Shown: positions 57,873-64,000 of the stretch, in pieces | Layout of the letters: each line of letters begins with the position of its first letter | Numbering within the stretch: the stretch's first letter is position 1 | Assembly: GCF_058153355.1 (NCBI RefSeq) | Contig: NZ_CM177019.1 | Reading direction: 5' to 3' (one strand) | Length of the DNA stretch: 64,000 nt | The notes under the pieces: generated by a model | Seen by the model: only the letters and a program-made list of their open reading frames with translations | Database searches by the model: none | What the model was told of the DNA's origin: nothing | Position numbers and translations under genes: made by a program

Positions 57873-60800
57873 TTAGAACGTTTTCTTGAAGTTCAGCATC
57901 ACGCCTTTATCGCTGATACCATCCTCTTTCCAGTGGTAAGCATCCAGATTCAGCGAACTTTCTTTGCTGCTGTACTTCACGCCGACGCTTGCCAGACTGT
58001 TGATGCCGCCGCCCTTTTGCCCATCATCGACATTAAAGTGCTGGCTGCCTGCGCCTGCCAGGCTTGCCGTGCGCTGGCTCTTCGTGTAGCTCAGGTTCGG
58101 GCCGCCTTCCAGCGTGGCGTTCGCGCTCCAGCCGTCTTTGCCTGCGTAGTCCAGCTTCAGCCCGACGATACTGTCCACCGCCGTTTCGCTGCCGCTGTTC
58201 ATGCTCAGGTTAAAGTCTCCGGCATTACGCTCCTGATAACCGCCTTCCAGCGTGTGACGCAGTTTCACACCCGCATATGGCGTGATTTTCAGCCCTTCGC
58301 GCGGTTCAAAGGTTTTCGCCCCTTCGCTGCGGAACTCCAGGTACTGCTGTTTCACGTTGGTATCCGCCGTTTTGCTAACGTCGCCGTAAGCCACCGAACG
58401 GCTGCTGTCCAGTTGGTGAATATCGTAACGCAGCGCGTTATTCCAGCTCATACCGTTGTCAAAGGACATCTGATGCTTCAGGCCAAAGAACTGGCTGTAG
58501 CCGCCTGTAACACCATTATCACCCGCTTTCTGCGCACCATCGCCGTCCAGACGGGCGATACCGTACTCCAGGCTCATGGTCTGGTTTTCGCTCAGGTCGA
58601 GGGTTTTGCGCAGCGCCAGCATGTCGTACTCGGTATTATTCCCCAGCTCTGCACGCGGATCGCCTTTCGCCACCACGTTAAATGCCAGACCGTTGCCCAT
58701 CTTCGGTGCTGCGTCCGCCAACATGCTGAAGCGGTTACTCAACACGCGGGCCTCACGAAATACCGTGGTAGCCTGGCTCCCGCTGACTTGTTTCAGCGCG
58801 CTGTTCAGCTCTGCAGTGGTGCCAACGTTCAGACTGGTATACAGCTCGTTGTTGGTGTAACCCGCATCCAGCGCTTTTGCCACGTCATTCACTGAGGCAT
58901 CCGTCGCCACATCGGTGTAGGCGTTTTTGCTCATGGTCACGTCAACGTTGCCGCTGGCGTCGGTACTGCCTGTCGCCTGCCAGACAACAGATGTCGAAGT
59001 GATCGCTTGCGCATCAGTCAGGTTGCTGCCTTGCACCACATCATCAAAGCTGACGGTTTTGTCCGCCGTTCCCGCCGCAAAATCGGTGTTGATCTCCACG
59101 CCGTTCATACTGGCGTTATTGAGCATCAGCTTACCGGCGCTACCGTCGGCGTTCGTCCCCACCACGTAACCATTGAGGTTGTTCATGCCATCGTTGCGGC
59201 TAACGGAAGAAGAATGGGTGCCGTCGTATGGCGTAATGGTGGGTTCTTCCGGCGCGGTAAAGTCGACATAGTGCACTTCCGTACCGTCTCCGCCTTCGCC
59301 ACTACCCTCCATCGCCGTGCCAGATTGTTTAATTAATCCGGAACCATTCACGCTGTCGTCAATATAAACAGTGCCGTTGTTAACAATATGACCATTGCTC
59401 CCGAGCTTGCTGAAAGCCCAGGAGTTATTGGCGTAGATATTAATCGTACCGTTGTTTTCAACCACACCATCCGCTTTCGCGTCCGATGCTAATTGCATTC
59501 CAACCATACCTGTATGCGAAGTGCCTTCGCTACCAATATTGATAGTGCCATTGTTGACCATTTTTGCGCTGCCGTGCGCATTCATGGCGATGGTATTATT
59601 TTTATCAATATTGATAGTGCCATCGTTAATTGCCCGGCTACCGGCGTTATTATTTGGCGTCGTAACCTGGCCGTTAATCACACCTGTCGTACCGTTATAC
59701 AACGTATGCCCATTACCGCTGGTAGCGATATCAGCATCACCATTCACTGTACCCCAGTTGTTGAAATGCCCAGCCCAAAGTCCGTTATCAAGAAGATCGA
59801 CAACACCACCGACCAGGTTATTAAAGGTCGCGTTTTTATCAACCGAACCACTGTGAACCGTTCCTGCGTTATTGAAAGTGGCTGCGGCAGAAAAATTCAC
59901 TTTATTGACCGTTCCATCCGCTTCGTTATTCATCACGGCAGAAGCTGAGGCCCCTTTCCAGGCTGTTACCGTCCCGGCGTTATAAAACGTACTGGCCCAT
60001 TGTTCAACAGTGTTCATGGTGCCGGAATTGTTGATAACAGAACCCGCAACGGTTGTACCTACCAACCCGGTCACCGTACCTTCGTTAGTGAACACGCCGC
60101 CATCCACAGAAACGGTTTTTGTCGTGCCCTTATTGGTGTATTCCCCACCGGTTGCGATATCAACCTCATTAATACTGCCCGTGGTTTCATTGACCAAACG
60201 GCCAAAGTCAGCCACGGTGACAGGCCCCCCGGTAACCGTACCCGCGTTGGTTACCAGGGTTTCGGCGGTTGCCGTGATATCAGTCGTACCGCCATATGAA
60301 GACAGGTTAAGCGTTTCCCCGTCAGCCGAAATAATGTCACCATTTCTCCAGCTTAATGAAACAAACCCGTCAGTCGGGTTATAGGCGTTATTGTCCTGGC
60401 ATTTCCCAAAAGTACAGATGGTTCCGTAATTAACAATAGTCCCGCTGCCATCGTTATAGAACGCCTGCCCGTTTTCGGCATTGATATTGATGATGCCAGT
60501 CTGATCATTAATCGCAGTGGCACCATTGTAAACAGCCATGCCGACCAATTTATTTGGCCCCAGCGTATCATCATCATTTTCATTTACTTCCAGATTTATA
60601 GTTCCCTGGTTAATAATAATGTTACCTGGCTTCATCGCGGCCATACCGGCACCGGAATTATAGAGTGTTATTTCACCACCCTGCTGGTTAATGGCGGTAG
60701 AATTAACGCTGGCACCAGAACTGTCTGTACCCACAGCCATCCCGACAGCATAATCTTTGGCGCTGTCATGAGCGATATTGGACGCCAGACTGGAAGTATC

Positions 60801-63371
60801 GTTTTCATCAACCCATAATGCGTCAATGAAAATCTTACCCATATTGTCAATGGTTGAATTATTGGAGGCCAGCATGCCAACACTCCCCCGGCCGTACATT
60901 TGGATCTCACCGGCAGTATTATTTGAAGCGGTGCCATTGTTGCCTGCCGTCATCCCCGTCAGACTAATGACTTGATTATTAAAAATTAAAGGGTCACTCA
61001 AACCTTGAGCGTTCAGACTATTGAAAATACGTCCCTGCGCGAGTACCTTACTGGTGATGGCACTGTTATTAACAACTCGACCACCATAGACGCTCAAATA
61101 CGCAGAACTAGCAGAGTCTGATGTATTCCCCTCTACGCCGTAGATAGAAATCGTTACGTTGTTATTATTTACAGCTAGCGACTCTTCACCAGTAGCCCTG
61201 GCAAAGCCAATATTACCCAGTTCTACATCACCATTATTTATCATCTGCGAACCGGAATTCACCAGTACAACCTGTGATGTGTCACTATTATAATGATCAA
61301 ATGTATTTATATCTTTTAGGATAAAAGTGGCGTTGCGGCCAAGTTCTAAATGGGCTCGGTTATTCAGTTGAATGATATCGCCTAATCCAAGCGGAAAAAC
61401 ACCACTGATTGTTGAATCCCCATTTAGATACAGAGTAGAGTGCCCATCGATTTTGATAACAGGCGTATCGCCATAACCATTACGTTTTAAAGCAGGTGTG
61501 GAGCCATCCTGTAGAGTATTTTCTTCGCCAGCTAAATGGATACCACCATTAATTTCGACGGTATTACCGTCACCCGACACAACCAGACCATTAATATTTT
61601 CCTGGCTGCCATCCATTTCATTATAGATACGAGAAGTGACTTCACTGTCAGCAACAACGGTAAGATTGCCATTTAATACGATATTATTGTCGTGTCCCTG
61701 CACCTGAATGCCAACAGAAGGGGTAAAAAAGTCATTTATTGAATGCTCTCCGGCCTGATTTTTATCCACCAGAATATTACCGGTAATTTCAACTTCATTG
61801 CCATCACCGGCTACATTTACCCCTGTCGCAACACTGCCGGTCACATTAAGCTCATTTGTCGCCAGCGTCATGGCGTTATTATTTCCAGAGACATCCAGAC
61901 CGGTTGAATAATCCCCTACATCCACACGGCCAGCCAGAGAAATCAGACCATCATCTCCGATGATGCGAATCCCGGTACTGAAATTATCAGCAATGATGTC
62001 CCCCACATTGATAAGGGTAGAATGATTACCCTCAATCAGAATCCCTGTCGCATTGGCCTCTGAACTACCATTACTGACGGAAATATCCCCCCTGTTAATG
62101 AACGTCGACGCATCACCACTGAGAGAAACACCCTGCGAATTTTCATCCACGACCGTTATATTTCCTTTGTTGCTGACGATCGCGCCATTACCCTCAACAT
62201 CAATACCCCGTGCAGCATTGCTAACGTATAAATCCCCTTCCTGTATAACCGTCGCATTATTACCAACGATTTTGCTGCCCGTTGAATTTTGCCCATCAAC
62301 CGTCATATGTCCTTTATTATCGGTCCTGACATCATTACCGCTAATAACGGCCCCTATTCCGCCGTTATTGACAGTGGAGTCGCCAGTGTTATTTAAGATT
62401 GTACGATCGCCATTGACGATAACCGCCGTGCCAGCATCGACCACCGTCTGACCGTTATTATTGATGGTTATATTATCGCCGGTCAGGATACCGACCACCG
62501 AACCTTCACCGACAGCCTCTGTTTTACCCTCGTTTGTCAGCGCAATGTTGTTACCATTAATCATCATCACCGTGCCGCCATTCAGGGCCGTGTTACCGCC
62601 CTGGTCAGTGATAATCGCATCATTAACGGTAATTATTCTGCCCGTTGTTCCATCAGACACGACACTGGCTAACTGTGTGACGTGGAGTTTACCTTCGTCA
62701 TCGTAGCGCCATTCCATATCACCTGTGGTACTCACACCACTAAACATGGCGGTATGAGTCTCTTCATGGTTTTCCCACTCAGTCACAATGGTTTTTCGGC
62801 CATCTTTTGCCGTCAGCGTGTAGCTACCATCTTCATTTTGGGTATAAGTGAACGTCGCCCCGCGAATCTTCAGGGTTTGCGCGTCCTCGTCCCATGTCAC
62901 ATTGTTATCAAAGACAACGGGTTCTGTTCTCGGGGGGTCAACATCATCACCGCTATTGTCGGGTGGAGTAACATTACCGCCGTTATCTGGCTTTACAGGT
63001 ATACCTGAATCTTCATCACTGGGAACGGGTAGCGGTAGAGGGCCATTATCATCTGGCGGTATGGGCTGGGGAAAAGAAGAGTGAGCAGAATGATCATTGT
63101 CATGAGACAATTCAATCACTGCGAGTGTTGCCAGTACCGCCGTGGCACCTAATGCCAGTAACGAGCTGAAACCATTATTTGTAACAACAGCACATTTTTC
63201 TGGCACTGTTTTCAACTTCGTTGACGGTCGGGCGTGCCCTTCTGACTGACATGTCATTTGAGAGCTTCTGCGCATACTGTCTGCACTCTCGCCTTCTGTT
63301 ATTTCCGCCCCCCAGCTTTGGCCACTTAACGCTATAGCGATACACGCTGATAATAACGTTTTCTTTTGCAT
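57873..63371 (-). CDS. ydbA: large AIDA-I/Ag43-type autotransporter adhesin YdbA, apparently intact
   Basis: 1832-aa uninterrupted ORF; signal peptide MQKKTLLSACIAIALSGQSWGA; long Gly/Asn/Thr-rich passenger with degenerate beta-helix repeats; C-terminal beta-barrel ending ...LNFKKTF; no IS sequence inside. Confidence 0.85.
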   Translation of the reverse strand: MQKKTLLSACIAIALSGQSWGAEITEGESADSMRRSSQMTCQSEGHARPSTKLKTVPEKCAVVTNNGFSSLLALGATAVLATLAVIELSHDNDHSAHSSFPQPIPPDDNGPLPLPVPSDEDSGIPVKPDNGGNVTPPDNSGDDVDPPRTEPVVFDNNVTWDEDAQTLKIRGATFTYTQNEDGSYTLTAKDGRKTIVTEWENHEETHTAMFSGVSTTGDMEWRYDDEGKLHVTQLASVVSDGTTGRIITVNDAIITDQGGNTALNGGTVMMINGNNIALTNEGKTEAVGEGSVVGILTGDNITINNNGQTVVDAGTAVIVNGDRTILNNTGDSTVNNGGIGAVISGNDVRTDNKGHMTVDGQNSTGSKIVGNNATVIQEGDLYVSNAARGIDVEGNGAIVSNKGNITVVDENSQGVSLSGDASTFINRGDISVSNGSSEANATGILIEGNHSTLINVGDIIADNFSTGIRIIGDDGLISLAGRVDVGDYSTGLDVSGNNNAMTLATNELNVTGSVATGVNVAGDGNEVEITGNILVDKNQAGEHSINDFFTPSVGIQVQGHDNNIVLNGNLTVVADSEVTSRIYNEMDGSQENINGLVVSGDGNTVEINGGIHLAGEENTLQDGSTPALKRNGYGDTPVIKIDGHSTLYLNGDSTISGVFPLGLGDIIQLNNRAHLELGRNATFILKDINTFDHYNSDTSQVVLVNSGSQMINNGDVELGNIGFARATGEESLAVNNNNVTISIYGVEGNTSDSASSAYLSVYGGRVVNNSAITSKVLAQGRIFNSLNAQGLSDPLIFNNQVISLTGMTAGNNGTASNNTAGEIQMYGRGSVGMLASNNSTIDNMGKIFIDALWVDENDTSSLASNIAHDSAKDYAVGMAVGTDSSGASVNSTAINQQGGEITLYNSGAGMAAMKPGNIIINQGTINLEVNENDDDTLGPNKLVGMAVYNGATAINDQTGIININAENGQAFYNDGSGTIVNYGTICTFGKCQDNNAYNPTDGFVSLSWRNGDIISADGETLNLSSYGGTTDITATAETLVTNAGTVTGGPVTVADFGRLVNETTGSINEVDIATGGEYTNKGTTKTVSVDGGVFTNEGTVTGLVGTTVAGSVINNSGTMNTVEQWASTFYNAGTVTAWKGASASAVMNNEADGTVNKVNFSAAATFNNAGTVHSGSVDKNATFNNLVGGVVDLLDNGLWAGHFNNWGTVNGDADIATSGNGHTLYNGTTGVINGQVTTPNNNAGSRAINDGTINIDKNNTIAMNAHGSAKMVNNGTINIGSEGTSHTGMVGMQLASDAKADGVVENNGTINIYANNSWAFSKLGSNGHIVNNGTVYIDDSVNGSGLIKQSGTAMEGSGEGGDGTEVHYVDFTAPEEPTITPYDGTHSSSVSRNDGMNNLNGYVVGTNADGSAGKLMLNNASMNGVEINTDFAAGTADKTVSFDDVVQGSNLTDAQAITSTSVVWQATGSTDASGNVDVTMSKNAYTDVATDASVNDVAKALDAGYTNNELYTSLNVGTTAELNSALKQVSGSQATTVFREARVLSNRFSMLADAAPKMGNGLAFNVVAKGDPRAELGNNTEYDMLALRKTLDLSENQTMSLEYGIARLDGDGAQKAGDNGVTGGYSQFFGLKHQMSFDNGMSWNNALRYDIHQLDSSRSVAYGDVSKTADTNVKQQYLEFRSEGAKTFEPREGLKITPYAGVKLRHTLEGGYQERNAGDFNLSMNSGSETAVDSIVGLKLDYAGKDGWSANATLEGGPNLSYTKSQRTASLAGAGSQHFNVDDGQKGGGINSLASVGVKYSSKESSLNLDAYHWKEDGISDKGVMLNFKKTF

Positions 63372-64000
63372 GAGAAATCCTTTTCAATGAATGACATTTC
63401 AAATAATAAAATATGAGTAATAGATAAGAAATAGCCACAGGCTGTGTCATGATTTAATGCCTGCTCTTGAAATTTTATTTAGCAATCCCAGAACATTCAA
63501 CTTAATTAGTATTTCGAAACCTCAATGTAGACACATAAAAAACAAATTATTCGATTACTTAGGCTATTTGTTGCATTAATACACATCCTCTAACAATAAT
63601 CAGACAAAAAGCAATGTCAGCGTCAAATTGGGTAGCTGATTCATATTACTGACCACTCCGGAAATTCATTCATCGTGAAAATATTAACATTTCAACCATG
63701 TTCCATTTAATCAACCCACTGAAAATCTGGAGGTTATCTACTGCGGTTTGTTGTTGACTGCCCCTGACAGGTTTACCAGGCGTTGACAGAAGATGAGGCT
63801 TGCAAGATGCTAAAAACAATGTGGTGTTACAAGCAATCCCATAAACCTCGTAACTTCACTTAAATGAGCGATGCCGTCCATATTTGGGTTGACTATAAAA
63901 ACCCTTAATATTGAGGTTGATGATGATATTCATGATGGCATTGGAAAAATAGGACACCCATAAAATATCTATACAGCCTTTAAATTAAATCATTGAAATA

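Noticed and set aside
57873-63371. Internal repetitive sequence in the large ORF, considered as a possible CRISPR-like or mobile repeat array
   Set aside because: Repeats are degenerate and in-frame within a continuous autotransporter passenger (beta-helix rungs), not direct-repeat/spacer units; no cas genes nearby

Overview
This window is a chromosomal segment of Escherichia coli (non-K-12 lineage), syntenic with the K-12 ydbA-to-yddE region (about 1.47-1.53 Mb) but presented in reverse-complement orientation. Gene identities are from reading the supplied translations against remembered protein families and K-12 gene order; no database search was run. Roughly 60 genes are recognisable, including hrpA, aldA, gapC, cybB, trg, opgD, tehAB, the ydcSTUV-patD operon, curA, yncD/yncE, ansP and nhoA. 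Four short K-12 genes below the ORF-track cutoff were recovered by hand: hokB/mokB, ydcA, yncL and the sRNA rydC. No tRNA, rRNA, CRISPR array, IS element, integrase or prophage gene was found. Differences from K-12 are the main interest: (1) a low-GC two-gene module (secreted alkyl-sulfatase homologue plus membrane GGDEF diguanylate cyclase) sits between pptA and yncG where K-12 carries rhsE/IS remnants; (2) a low-GC islet of about 1.2 kb between ydcF and hrpA encodes an orphan 285-aa acidic protein I cannot assign to any family, the best candidate here for an undescribed function; (3) ydbA (autotransporter) and gapC are intact, unlike K-12; (4) four apparent inactivating lesions: an in-frame amber stop in ydcT, a +1 frameshift in ydcY, an internal deletion/frameshift in ynbC, and loss of hicA with 5' truncation of hicB. 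These lesions could also be sequencing errors and need read-level confirmation. I did not find a clearly multi-gene novel system; the two accessory islets are the places to look.
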